A stretch of 50,527 nt of DNA, taken from NCBI GenBank assembly GCA_001938485.1, contig MQRK01253347.1, positions 27,797 to 78,323 on the forward strand, written 5' to 3'. The position numbers and the translations under genes were made by a program. The stretch is from Girardia tigrina (Eukaryota). Shown piece after piece: positions 1 through 12,375 of the stretch. Position 1 is the stretch's first letter. Each line of letters opens with the position of its first letter. Below the pieces are notes generated by a model that saw only the letters and a list, made by a program, of their open reading frames with translations, was not told the DNA's origin and did not search any database.

Positions 1-309
1 GTACGTGTTAATATATGTAAAATTTTAAATTGTAATAAATGTTATTTTTCTGTTGTATATTCATTTTTTGAACTTTATGTCATTTTGTTCTCAAATAGCT
101 GCCGCACCCTGTATGTGAGTATGTTTGTAGACTATATAGCATTCATGTGTGTGTAAATGAAACGAACATGTCATTTTTTATGTATAATAAAGTGTTAATA
201 AGTTATTGAAATGACCAATGAAAAGGCATTTAGCTATCATATAAAGGAACTTAATGGAAAAAAATCATTATCCATTGATTCAAGGTCACACTGACTAAAT
301 TCATCAATA

Positions 310-1403
310 ATGGGAAGAAAGGGAGACATTAACAGCAATAAGAAAGCTAAAATTAAGATTCTGCTTGACGGAGGCAAGCAAAGTGTTCGAGAAATTGCAG
401 CTTTAGTTGGTGTAAGCCATACAACAGTGCAGCGTTGCAAAAATGCCCCTATCCAGTCCCATAGAATTGGTCACTGTGGAAAGAAGAAGTTGACTACCAG
501 TGTTGATGAGAGAGCTATGATGCGGGTGATATCAAAAAACCCAACTGCGAAGGCAAAAGATGTTAAATCAGTTCTACAGGCAGCTGGAACAAGATTATCT
601 TTGAGGACAACTCAACGCAGATTGAAAGAATTAGACTGCAAGTCAGTCAAAGCGAGGCGGGTACCTGTGTTGACTACCAGGATGAAGAAACAAAGATTGG
701 AATGGGCAAGAAGTCACAGACATTGGACAGCAGAGGATTGGGAAAAGGTTAAAATTAATTTTTATTCATTAAATACATCATATTTGTGGGATTTTTTGTG
801 TATTCACATCATTTTAATATTTCTTTCATAACAGGTTGTTTTCACAGATGAATCGATTTTCGATTGTGGGACTTCCAGTGGCCATACAGTGTGGAAACTG
901 CCCAATCAACCTGCTCCAGTACATCAAGTTCAACGCCATCCAACCAAGGTGATGGTGTGGAGCTACTTTAGTGCAAAGGGGTAGGTCGTCTTCATATTTG
1001 TGAGGGAATGATGAATGCCACCAAGTATGTTGACGTTTTGAAGAACCGTCTGGTGCCCCAAATGCGTCAGTGGTACCCTGACAATGGTGGTATGCTACTT
1101 CAGGACAAAGCACCATGCCACACAGCTAATATTGTTGCCAAATTCATTGAAGACAACAATATTCAGTTACTTCCATGGGTAGGGAATAGTCCTGACCTCA
1201 ACCCCATCGAAAAGCTTTGGGGTATCATCAAAAGAAAGCTAAAGGAGTAGACGAAAACATCAAAACAAGAATTAATTGGAAGAATTTTACATTTTTGGAA
1301 CCATGACGTATCAGTTCAACAAACCTTGATTAGTTTGGCCAATTCAATGCCAAATAGAGTCGAAGCAGTTATCAAAGCAAAAGGAGGCCCAACAAAATGC
1401 TAA
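310..1403 (+). mobile_element. Tc1-family (DD34E) transposase pseudogene with one spliceosomal intron (748-834)
   Basis: N-terminal HTH (SVREIAALVGVSHTTV). The WEK|VVFTDES join across GT748..AG834 restores the first catalytic D. QD-x34-E (QDKAPCH...SPDLNPIE) and C-terminal SMPNRVEAVIKAKGGPTK are present. 1-nt frameshift near 980 and TAG at 1248. TIRs not resolved (window edge, N gap). Confidence 0.93.
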
Positions 1404-2096
1404 TTTTCTAAATTACAAAAAAATGAACTATTTGTTTTTTTTCTATATTGTTATTTGTATGCTTTTATTTCTTATGTCTGTAATTATGTTATCAATTAAA
1501 TATATTATATATTCATTTGTTTGGCAGTGTCTCATTNNNNNNNNNNNNNNNNNNNNNNNNNNNNNNNNNNNNNNNNNNNNNNNNNNNNNNNNNNNNNNNN
1601 NNNNNNNNNNNNNNNNNNNNNNNNNNNNNNNNNNNNNNNNNNNNNNTATATATATGTATATATATAGATTATTTGTTTGTGCTCTTCAATGTTTTCTTCC
1701 TATAATCCTTTCTTAACTTGTTTTTGTGTACATAATTTGTCCAAGGTTACATCACTAAGGTTACAATGGATAAAACACGGGTTAGGAAAGTTTTACTAGA
1801 AGAAAACATTGAAGAACAAAAACAAATTATCAATCTATTTTAATGGATTTGAAATTAAAAGGCTTCTAATGTTTTAGAATAAAATGTTTTTTTTAATTTC
1901 AAAGTAAGTATTATTTTTGAATAATTACAATAAATTAAAATCGAATTAAATATTACTTTTAATTTACAGTTTTTTTAAAAAAAAATAATTATGATTAAAA
2001 ATAAAAAGTTTATTTAAAAAATAAATATCGGTGCTTGATTATTAAAAGGAAGTTGAAAATTTTTTTTAATTAGTTCGTAATAAAAGTTCATTAGAA

Positions 2097-2400
2097 ATCA
2101 AGAACCTTTGCGTCATTGTACTGTACAGTCTCAATCATTGATAATGAAGAAGGAAACAGAATTGAAGAATATAATAAAACATCTTCTTTAGAATAAGAGT
2201 ATTATTAAAATATTTGAGAAACTCTTGACATATGAACTGTTCACAATCAGCTAAATTATATTGGCTTACTAAAATACATAAAGCTGGACATCCACTCCGT
2301 CGTATTATCAATGATTGAGACTGTACAGTACAATGACGCAAATGTTCTTGATTCATTATTGAGTCCTTTGATTTTTAATGAATTTGACATCAGGGATAGC
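2097..2400 (+). mobile_element. Penelope-like RT fragment (KIHK..HPLR region) with an upstream inverted copy of about 50 bp
   Basis: 2270-2375 aligns by eye with 20496-20605 of the Penelope element. 2097-2146 is the near-perfect reverse complement of 2305-2353. Confidence 0.75.
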
Positions 2401-4229
2401 TTATATGTTATTATATGTTATTCTAATTGAGCTTTATTAGTTTTGCTTCAATGTTTATATTTATTTTTATTGTGATTTTGATGAATTTATAAACAATAAA
2501 TGACGACTATATTTGTGCTTTACGGATGAACAATTTTTCTTCAATAGAAATGAAATTTATGTTAAATGAAAACAAGTTTTGTTAAGAATAATATAAACCT
2601 TTCGTTCTAAGTTTCATTGTTGGTCTTTTCTAAAATATTATTTGGTTTTAATATTTTATATATTTTCTACATACATATATATGCTTATATGACAATCATT
2701 TAAAATGGGAACAGTCAAAATAACGAAAATAACATAATGTCAGCAACATAGGTATAGTAAAATATCTATAGTAAAAGGGTAGTTATTCTGAATACTGATA
2801 TATACCATATTTATAGTGGCCCTTGGAAAGCATTTTGTCTATTTTTGTGTTTATTTTTCTTTCGATGAAGCCCTATTCTCTTCATTTAACGACATTTATA
2901 ATGTTGTATATTTGGAAGTAGAATAAACATATTGGAGAAAAATTGTTTCATATTATAGCATGCATTGAGAAAAGTTGATTAAAAAATTTTTTGGAACATT
3001 TGTGAATAAACTGTCACATATCTTAAAACTATAACTTAATTATGATTACACTAACTGCTATAACATAAAAATTACAGTTGAGTTATAGGAAGTCTCAAAT
3101 TTAATAGATCCACAACTTCTCTAAGATAAGTAGAGATTGATAAAGAGTTTTATTCTACTTTCGTCACCTTTTAATTTGAGAAAGTTTTACGACAAATCTT
3201 TAAGCTGATGAAATTTCATCATTTAATCATGCTATTACATCCTCTAAACTTGATTGAGGAGGATTCAATGTTATAGTTAAGCCTCTTTCTGTGCTGCTTA
3301 GATTTTTGCCTAACAAATTCCAGTCATGATCTATTATTCTAGGTATTTAATTTAGTCAACTGATGTACAATTATATGTTAAAAAGACATGATCATTTAAA
3401 TATCCATTTGATATGGATAAAACCATCAAACAGTACTTGGTCATAATACTTCACAAAATTATTATAATCTTTTCGTGATCATGTTTTGAATATCTTGCAT
3501 CTTGTAGTAATTAATTTGAGTGTGATGACCCTATGGAAGCAGAAAATAAAAACGACGAGTCTGAAGAATTGAAAAATTGCAACCACCACCAGGAAAGCTA
3601 GCAAAAGGAAAAGAGGAATAAAAGGCAAAATTTATTTGCAAAAACAAATCAATTCAACAACACATTTTTTCATTCTCAGGTGAGTTAAACATAAACTATG
3701 ATTTTGTCAGTTCGTTTCCCGAAAGCCAAAGCCTGTCGATTTCTTTTCATCCTACCTACATTTTGTGCAACAAACAATGCAAGACGTGGGGTCCAACAGC
3801 ATTGAGGATAGTGATTTATTAAGATCAGGACGTTTAAATTCGGAAAACTCAAATCTCCTTCGTCTGAAGTTAATAGCTTCAGACATTAAATAAAATCATA
3901 TTCCAGCCACTGAACGAAATCCAAAACCTTGAAGAGAATGCGTTGTTTGCAAGTATTACTAAGAAGGAACAGGCAGACGAAGGATAAAAGGCGAATCTCA
4001 CGAACGAGTTGAAACTTAGTACATCTGTGGGGGTTATGAAAGGAAATATGCTTTGTATATATCATCTTGTTTCGATTTGTACCATATCTGTAGATACTAC
4101 TGAGGTTCTGTATACAGAAATGATACAATTGTCAGCAAAATTTCTCTTTTTTATTTCCAAGTTATGAGTTTATGCAACGAAATCATTTAAACAAAGTAAT
4201 TTGCGTTTTAGATACATTTTTTTGACCTT

Positions 4230-4650
4230 AGCCATTAGACCGTGGGTGTACCAAATTATGTACAAGCCTTATTTCATATTTTTGAGTGTATGAATATTCA
4301 TGTAACCTTGTGGCCCTATCTCCTCTCCAGGTATGGATGACCGTTGACCTTAAGGAGCTCATCCCCTCTTTGCCAGGTTTTGATTTTCATTCTGTTGGGT
4401 ATCCAAACACCCTCTTCACACAGGTTGCTCTGGGTGAAGGAACCAGTTTTGTTGTCAACCATCCGACCATGGGACAGGTAATGCAGATTTACATGGTGTC
4501 TGTTGCAGGCATGCTTAGCTGACCTGACCTGAATAGTCAATTGCCTAGTTTATTCCCTATCAGTTACTCATATAAGTAACTTAACTTTATAAGGTGCTTC
4601 CCTTCTGAGATAGGGCTGGATCCGGTGAACCCAACCGCAGCCATTAAGGG
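4230..4650 (-). mobile_element. Probable 5' end/5'UTR relic of an RTE-like non-LTR retrotransposon
   Basis: GC-richer structured island carrying an HDV-like fold at its 5' end, followed by a degenerate 'KNMK.G..' start resembling an APE endonuclease N-terminus. The family assignment is inference. Confidence 0.45.
4555..4644 (-). ncRNA. Candidate HDV-like self-cleaving ribozyme (degenerate or non-canonical)
   Basis: Minus strand order: P2 CCCUA, P3 UCU/GGA around loop CAGAAG, P1' AGCACC, P4 UUAC-UUAUAUGA-GUAA, J4/2 CUGA, P2' UAGGG. The 5' strand of P1 is only partly complementary. Confidence 0.45.
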
Positions 4651-4938
4651 TTAATATTTGTTTTGGTGGTAAGATAATTGACTGTAAGTTTTGACTAAGT
4701 TTTTTGTTGTAGTATCAAATATTTGCCTTAATAAAATTTGTATAAATAGGTTTTCTAATCCTGTCCAATAGTTAAATTATTTGATGCAAAAATTATTTTT
4801 CACGAAAAAAGCCTAATGTCATTATAATAATTACCTTTAAAAATAATTTTCAGTAAAGTTTTTCTTATTTCTTTGAATATTTTTTATTTAATAATTTATT
4901 TAATGTAAACTTATTTAATAAATCATTTTAATTTACAG

Positions 4939-5201
4939 TCCTTTAAGACGCATGACTATTGGAATTGCATTTACGTGCCTGGCATTTTTCGCTGCATTTG
5001 CTCTTCAGAAACAGATTGAAGCCAAACAACCCCTGCCTTTGATGAAGGGTTATGCAAGGATATCTTTGGTTAATACACATCCTTGTGAAGTTCGATTACA
5101 CACCACAGATAATCGAGTTCTGATAGCTGCTAACTATCGAGCTTCAATTACCATTGATCTACCTGTTGAATCAAATATTTTTCATTTGACCTATCCAAAA
5201 T
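4939..5201 (+). CDS. SLC15A: SLC15/PepT-type proton-coupled oligopeptide transporter (POT/PTR2), internal exon (TM9 and start of extracellular domain)
   Basis: tttacAG acceptor; PLRRMTIGIAFTCLAFFAAFALQKQIE matches the PepT TM9 motif; GTTAGT donor at 5202, phase 1, compatible with the next exon. Upstream exons are not found in the window. Confidence 0.9.
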
Positions 5202-5305
5202 GTTAGTTATAAATATTGAAAACATTTTGATAAAATATTGATATTTATTTAAAGTATTTTTGAATAACAAAATTATAGACTCGATAAGATAAATTAGCAA
5301 AACTA

Positions 5306-6584
5306 TGTGGTGCGTTTAATAATAAAAATAATAAATAATAATAAAAAATAAAAATTATTACACAACATGACAAAGAAAATGAATTCCAAAAAGCGTCATT
5401 TTTATAACACAACAAGCTCATAGTATGTAAGCGTCATTGTTCAACATAATGTCCGTTTCGTTCCATACACTTCCGCTAACAAATAATCAGCTCAAAAAAG
5501 ACCTTTTTAAAAAATTATGTGGAGCATGCGGCGAAGAAATTCTCCACGGAAACCTTCGAATTATCTATTGATCCAAATTAGATGCATCTCAAATACTTTT
5601 TTAAGTGTCTAAAGAAGTAAAAATCGCTCGGTGCCAAGTCTGGGCTGTACGGCGGACGATTAACAAGCAATAATCCAACTCCTTCAGTTGTGGCCCGACA
5701 AATCCCCACTGTGAGCACCGACGCATTGACGCGAAGAAACCATAGTAGTGTGTTCTTCTGCTTCCGTCTAATCTTCATGACGGTTGCAATGAGTTGGCTG
5801 TAATTTACAGCGTTGATGGTGATGTCTTTAAATTAATGAAAATGGAAAGTATCATCGTTCGTTCATTTATTGTCTCCTTTCGAGTCTTCAAAGATAGCCT
5901 CTCTTCTGACAGTTTCTACTATGTCGATTCATGATTTGTTCCGGAAAATGCATACTGAGTGGGGTTTCACTCTCCATAATATTATTTGCCAGGAAAGTCT
6001 CCCAATGCTGGTCCCACAGGTTCAATTTTCACCAGTCCAAGTTATTTCGCATCATTTCACCAGTCAAGAAGCGGGGCACAAATTTGGAGCTCTGTTTTCT
6101 GATACCCATGGATTTCAATTTGGTGTGGGATATATCGACACTGATGTTGAGCTTCGTTTACAGCATTTTCATGATAATTCGAAGCTATTCTTGGACCTCA
6201 ATTGTGTGAAAAATTTATTCTTTCTGAACTAATTTTTCTTGATCGAAAATTGAATTGCAGCCACTTTTAAACTCTCTGATCCAATATTTAACATTTGTCA
6301 GAAATAGGGAATTATGTAAGTAATTTGACTACAAAAGATCGTTGATTTCCTTGCATGTCTTTTTCTGTAATACAAAGAACTATATAACGCTGCGATATTC
6401 GACGTCTGAAATTATCGCACTGACGAAAATTCAAAATATCGCCATAAAAATTTTAATTCGTTTGATAAAATAAATCAATTAATGAAATTAAAACCTATTT
6501 TAATTTATTAAATCACACAAAAAAACTAAAATTTGCTATTAAATTTTTTTACCTTAGTTCTTGGTACTTATTTAACGCACAACG
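5306..6584 (-). mobile_element. Degenerate full-length mariner element (1,279 bp)
   Basis: PYSPDLAPSDFYFF motif at about 5610-5660. Imperfect TIRs (TGTGGTGCGTTTAATAA vs CGTTGTGCGTTAAATAA) flanked by TA at 5304-05 and 6585-86. Confidence 0.85.
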
Positions 6585-6769
6585 TATATTATGATTTATT
6601 AACTTTACGACTTATGATAATTTTGATGTCGGTGGTCGTTATTTTTTTCACATGGTCTTTCTTTCAATATAAACCCAGACAATTTGTATCCATACCATAC
6701 CTATGTAGATTATTTACTGTTTGCCATCGTGCGTTTATTAATTAAGGTTTGGAGTAGTTTAATCGATAC

Positions 6770-7209
6770 TGTGAGGAATATTTTGAATGTTTGATGTTTT
6801 GTGTTTGAATGTGTATGTTGATTTGGAAATGTGTCTCTCCTACCCAGATGGATGATTAATGTTTTAATTCTTATTATTTAAAATATTTAATGTTTAAATA
6901 TTTTTTTAATTTCATATAATTTTAAAATTTTAAATAAGTTAATTAAGTTTTATAATATTTAATAAATAAATCAAATTAATATTTTTTAAATAATTAATTA
7001 TCATTTTAATTATTATCCAATAAGTTTTGAGTGAATATTTTATTTAAATACTTATTTCCCCATTTTCTAAAAAAGTGATGAGAATTAAACCATTAATCAA
7101 TTTTCGCTTTGAATGCAAACGTACGAAAGTTTTGACAAAGATTGTTTTGAGGACAATCAAAATTGTTGTTTAAATAAAAATATAAAAATTCAAATTGGTG
7201 TTCTTAATA
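6770..7209. mobile_element. Solo LTR (TGTGAGGAAT... family)
   Basis: TG start, end TTCTTAATA (decayed CA), 5-bp TSD GATAC at 6765-69 and 7210-14. The first ~100 bp recur, inverted, at 22200-22290 and 32335-32441. Confidence 0.7.
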
Positions 7210-7832
7210 GATACAATAGTGATTCTTAAGTTTTTTTACTAAAATAATTAAGATTCGCTAAATAAAGACAATATTTTTCGGATTAAATGGACATAAATTA
7301 TGATAGTTTCGTTTTTAGTGGTGAAGTCAATAAGTGAACTCTTTAATGTAGAGTGAAAAACTATAGTTTACTTTGATTAATAAATTTCTGAAAGAAAAAA
7401 CTGATTCTGATTACGAAAACATTTTTCCCAATTTATGTAAAAATAAATGTCTTCATAAATGTTGCAATTATGCCTTCGAAAGTGAATAAAATAGTTTTTT
7501 TGTAAAATGTATTCAAATCTTTGTATGAATAACAAATTAGTTTCAATAAAATTTAAATATTACTGAAAAATTAATGACAAAAATATGCTTAATTTATTAA
7601 ATGATTTGTGAAATAGCTCTTAAATTGCATTTTTTACGAATATTCTTTTAAAGAAAACTTGTCGGATTATTTACGATCCGGTTTATCTATTTATTTGGAA
7701 TTGAACAAAAATAGTGGCGGTAAAATTAACAGTAAATCAAAAAATTTGGTTGTTTTGTACTGAAAATAATTATTAAAAAACCATTTTGTCATTTAATGAC
7801 ATTTACGTTTTGTATTGTGATTGTGACAATTG

Positions 7833-10127
7833 ATTAATAATGACAATTAATTAATGTTGTTTGAATAAACGCATTTTAGTAGAAATTAAAAATATGTGTA
7901 ATTTCAAGACAAATACATTTTATTGTTGTTAGGAATTAAAAATTCTATGAAAATTTTTGAAAGAAGGTTATATTAAATATGCACAAATTAAAATTTTTAT
8001 ATAATTAAATATGTAACGTTTGAAAAAATAAAATTACTAAAATTAAGATCAATTAAATTGCTAATAATAAAAATTTTTTGAGAGTTTTTAATATAATATA
8101 AAAAGTAAAGTGTATATTTTTTATATGTGGAATAATTTAAAAAAAATAATAAAATTAAATGTTTTAAAATGTTATCGTAATTTAAAATTGATTTATAAAA
8201 GTAATAAAAAAAATCAAATATGAATATTTATAAGTATTTTATTTATATCAGTTTAAGATTTATAAAACAAATTGTTTCTCAAAAAAAATAATAAGTTTGT
8301 TTAAATATTAGATTTAAACATTTTTGTGAGGTATAATAAAAGTTTTAATGTCAGAAATATCTCATAGTAATAATTCCGACGATGTTCCAAAGAACCTCTA
8401 ATAATTGTCAATTATTTTATTTTCTTATTAAAAGCTATCACGACGAACAATGCATATTAAATTGGGCGATATTTTTGGAGATACTACGAATCGAACGATT
8501 TTTCAGAGTGGCTGGCAAAGTTCGAGTAGATTGCCCGCCTACAGAAGTTGAAGGATTTTGAGTCCATGCTGCTGCTGTTTTGGTCGAAGGGAGCCTTTGT
8601 TGTTTATGACGTATTATCAGATGAAGAGAAACAGGATTACGAAAAACTGAAACGTGCGATGGAGAAAGCGTTTTGCGTCGACAGGGCTACGGCATTTGAA
8701 GAACTATGTCGCAGGAGGATCAGAGAAAATGAACGTGGGGTTTGAAGGAGATTGAGATTATGTGTGACTCAGCGACAGTCTGTTCATGGGTGCGGTCGGT
8801 TATTACGGGAAATAAGCACACAGACTCTCAGAATCTCTGGTAAGGCGATGACTGTTTGTGTTATAGGAGTTGGTGAAGGAACGTGGTGTAATTGTAACGA
8901 TCTCTTTAGTGAAATCAGCTGAAAATAAGTCCGATGATCTGATCAGAGTTCCGTGAAATGGTGGAAAGAGTCCCACAACTGTTTGCTGTCGGTTAGTTCT
9001 GGAACCTTGAAGATGTAAAGTCAGTTCACTCGATTCACTACTGTGGCGTTGATAGAACACTCTACTCAGTTCGCAAGATTTATAGGACAGCAAATGAAGG
9101 ACTTGTAGAGAAAGTAATAAAAGAATGTGATCGCTGTTTATCGATAGATCCAAGTGCGGTGCGTTGGAGCAAAGGTGAATTGGGAGTCGCGAATAACTGG
9201 GGAAGCCTTGCGTGTGATATTACTCACTATGGTGGAGTGATTTATTTCTCTTGTGTTGATTGTGGACCAAGCCGGTTTGAAATTTGGAGACGGTTAAAGA
9301 ACGATAGTGCTGAATGTGTAGTAGAAACACTGGCTGGAATATTTAGAAAGAGGAGACTGCCCACCGAATTGTTGTGCGACAATGGCAAATATTTCCGATC
9401 GGATAAATTGCAAAGCTTTTGTAATACTTGGAACGTAATAGTTAGATACCGTTGCACTTGCAGACCATCCCGAAATGGTATCGTTGAGAGGAATCATCGG
9501 ACAATAAAGAAAATGACAGCAATATCTGGAGATGATGTGTTGGATATGGTATTCTACTACAATATAACTCAAAAAAGCGGGACAAATGAGGAATCAGCTC
9601 CCAGTAATGGAACTTGTTCGTAAAACTGACGTTTGCCGATGGTTAAGCTGAAAGAAAACTGTTCTTACAGGACCGATTTCAAATTATGTGACAGGGTCTA
9701 CGTGAAACCCGCGGAGCGCGATGCACAATTCAGTGGCAGAGAGAGATCGTGTCGCGGGTCAACTCTGGAACGTCAGTCGAAGTGGATGGAGTCCCAAGGC
9801 ATGTAACATATATCAGACCTGAGGCATGAGAGCCGGAAAATATGTTTACCGGAGGAGTATCGGAACGTGAAGATGAATCGGCAACTGAGGAGGTGAGTTG
9901 CTAGATGATGATATTATGGAGGTTTCAAGTATTGTTCATTCATCGGCGAGACCGCAAAGGATTCGCAGACCGCGCGGTATGCTCACAGACTACATAATGT
10001 ATGATGATGAGATCACGGGGGCGTGTGATGATGACAATTAATTAATGTTGTTTGAATAAACGCATTTTAGCAGAAATTAAACAATACATGTAATTTCAAG
10101 ACAAATAAATTTTATTGTCAATTATCA
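7833..10127 (+). mobile_element. Internally deleted, degenerate Gypsy LTR retrotransposon with ~100-bp LTRs
   Basis: Direct repeats 7840-7926(+8409-8414) and 10031-10124. Purine tract GAGATCACGGGGGCG precedes TG at 10024. gag relic 8450-8745. Integrase core (ACDITHYGG..VDCGPSRF..LLCDNG..NGIVERNHRTIK) at 9159-9623. RT is missing. Confidence 0.85.
7927..8403. mobile_element. Solo LTR nested inside the 5' LTR of the Gypsy element
   Basis: Termini TGTTAG...CTAATA; 5-bp TSD ATTGT at 7922-26 and 8404-08. Removing it restores colinearity with the 3' LTR. Confidence 0.7.
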
Positions 10128-10419
10128 ATTTTGGATTGATAAAATATTTTTATTAACAATTGTATAAAATTATTATTATCCTTTTTTTGTTTTAAAAACA
10201 AATTTTAAAACACCTTTTCAAATTCGATGGTGTTTAATACGTTCACATAAAATCCTAAATTATTTCAATATAAAAAAATACCTTAACCAATCTAAAAAAG
10301 GGGAAATTATTCTTACATAAAAACATATCCGATTTTATTGTTTTTATTCATTCATCATCAAAGCACAATATCATACCAATTAAAAATTTTAATATGGGTG
10401 GGTTTATGCTAATGTTTCT

Positions 10420-10718
10420 TATGCAGATCATACGAGGGAAAAACATACCAGAGCTAAAACAAAACTTTCGCTATGAAATTCGAGCCATAACACGAGAAAT
10501 TTTACGAAAAGTTATGGAAAATGTACTGAAAAGAGCACGAGTGTGCAAAGCCACAAAAATGACCACAACTTGCGGGATATAATTTTTCATATTTAAGCAA
10601 AAATATTCCTCATTAATATGCTGTATAACAAAATAATAATAATAATAATAATTAACCATTAAATAAAAAAGTTAGTAAACATTCAAACCATATCGGTAGT
10701 TGTGTGCCATCTTGTATA
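10420..10718 (+). mobile_element. 3' fragment of a Tc1/mariner (rosa/maT-like) element
   Basis: IPELKQNFRYEIRAITREILRKVMENVLKRARVC resembles the C-terminus of these transposases; ends in a TIR-like CCATCTTGTATA. Confidence 0.55.
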
Positions 10719-12375
10719 TATGACTTTTTTAAATAGATACTGTGTTTTTTTTGCTCCCACAATGTTTCTCCTTGCCTCCGGTTTTCTCTATTTAATTGTT
10801 TTTTCTTCCCAATTACAGAGGCAGAAAAGACGATTTAATTTCAACCAATTACATTCTTTTTAATTAATAATTTTTATTAACAGATTTTCATTTATTAAAA
10901 ATAATTAGTTTGAACTCAGAAATAAATTGATCAAGAGAGATGTCAAATAGTGAATGCACTTGTGATAATAATAAATGTTGCAAAACTCATACTGATGTTG
11001 TTAATAGTAAAAAAAGAATTATTCTTCAAATTCACAAATTATTTACCTTTTACAAAAAATAATGGTACCCGGTATTCGTTAAAACATGTAAGGATTTGGC
11101 AATTAAGTGCTCTAAATTTCTCAATTAAATCATGATGGGACTGCTGTTCCTCGGAAAGTGTTTTTAAATAATATCTAATGGAAATTAGGAATTAAATTCA
11201 ATTTTTTCAATTACTTTAGTAAACAAGAATTTCATGTCTACAAGAATTTGTTCTGAGGACATACATAGAAAAGTCAGTAAATTTTTATATCAATTAAATT
11301 ATTACAAGGAAATTGTTTTTTCAATTGATTTGTACATTAAATAAAGAAAAAAGTTATATTTGATAAGGGTAATTATATTTTGTTTAGGCTACTTATACTT
11401 ATTTTTCCTCCATTGAACAAAATTAAAAGGAAGGTAACCAAAATTAGCTGGAAAGTAATACAACATTTAATAATGCAATTTCTGTTGAAGCATATTTTAT
11501 AAACAAAATCAAAAATATCAGATGAAAAATCTTTTTAAATTAAACTACTATATACGTGAATTGAGCTAACTCTAAATTTTTGTTATTTTTTTGTAATATT
11601 GTGTCTATTATTAACAAGAATAGCACTCGTTGTTACCAGATACAACTGATTTTATAAATATATGTATTTGTACATGTAGACAATGCCGCAATATTAACAT
11701 GTTTTTTCATATTTTAGATATTTAAAATGTCACCTAGTGCAAGTAGTTTGAAAAAAGTTTATCATTTCTGTTATATCTGTTGTAGTTAGGTGATATTTAA
11801 ACAAAGACTAATTGTAAATGAATTTGCATAAAGAGGATGTTGATGTCAGCTAATTTTACGCAGTTGCGGCATTGTGATGTTGGTTTGTGGTGTCTGGGTA
11901 GTGGGAAAATTATAAATTTTGTTGCACCTCGATGAGGGATGTTCTCGAAATGACAATTCCACTCATCGGGATCAATTTTTAAGATATTTTCTGTTGCCCG
12001 AAAATCTATTGATTTATCCACATGCTCTTTGCGAAACAAAAACTTTTTATTCAAATTTCTAACATTCTCATTTTTAAGACGAGCACAGCTATGTTTTTGA
12101 AATTCAACATGAGATTTCTCAACAATTTACAATTGATACCTCCCACTTTAATGCCCAAAACGTGCTTTGTTTTAGAGTCATTTAATATTTTTTTACAGTT
12201 AGGTTGAATTCAAAAAATAACTTTCAAGCTTTCTCTTAAAGTTTCAATTTGAACAGTTTTATTTTTTATCACATTTTAAATTTCGAAGCGCAAATTTTAA
12301 CGAATCAAAATTTCATAATTTAAAAATTTGACTGTTTCAAAATCAATTGAACAAATCGTAATAATGTATTGTACA

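Noticed and set aside
2600-4140. Possible further Penelope or other TE relics on the minus strand, or upstream SLC15 exons
   Set aside because: Only vague similarity, and no POT-family motif with splice sites was found.
11760-12230. Possible DNA-transposase relic on the minus strand
   Set aside because: Too degenerate to assign a family from motifs.
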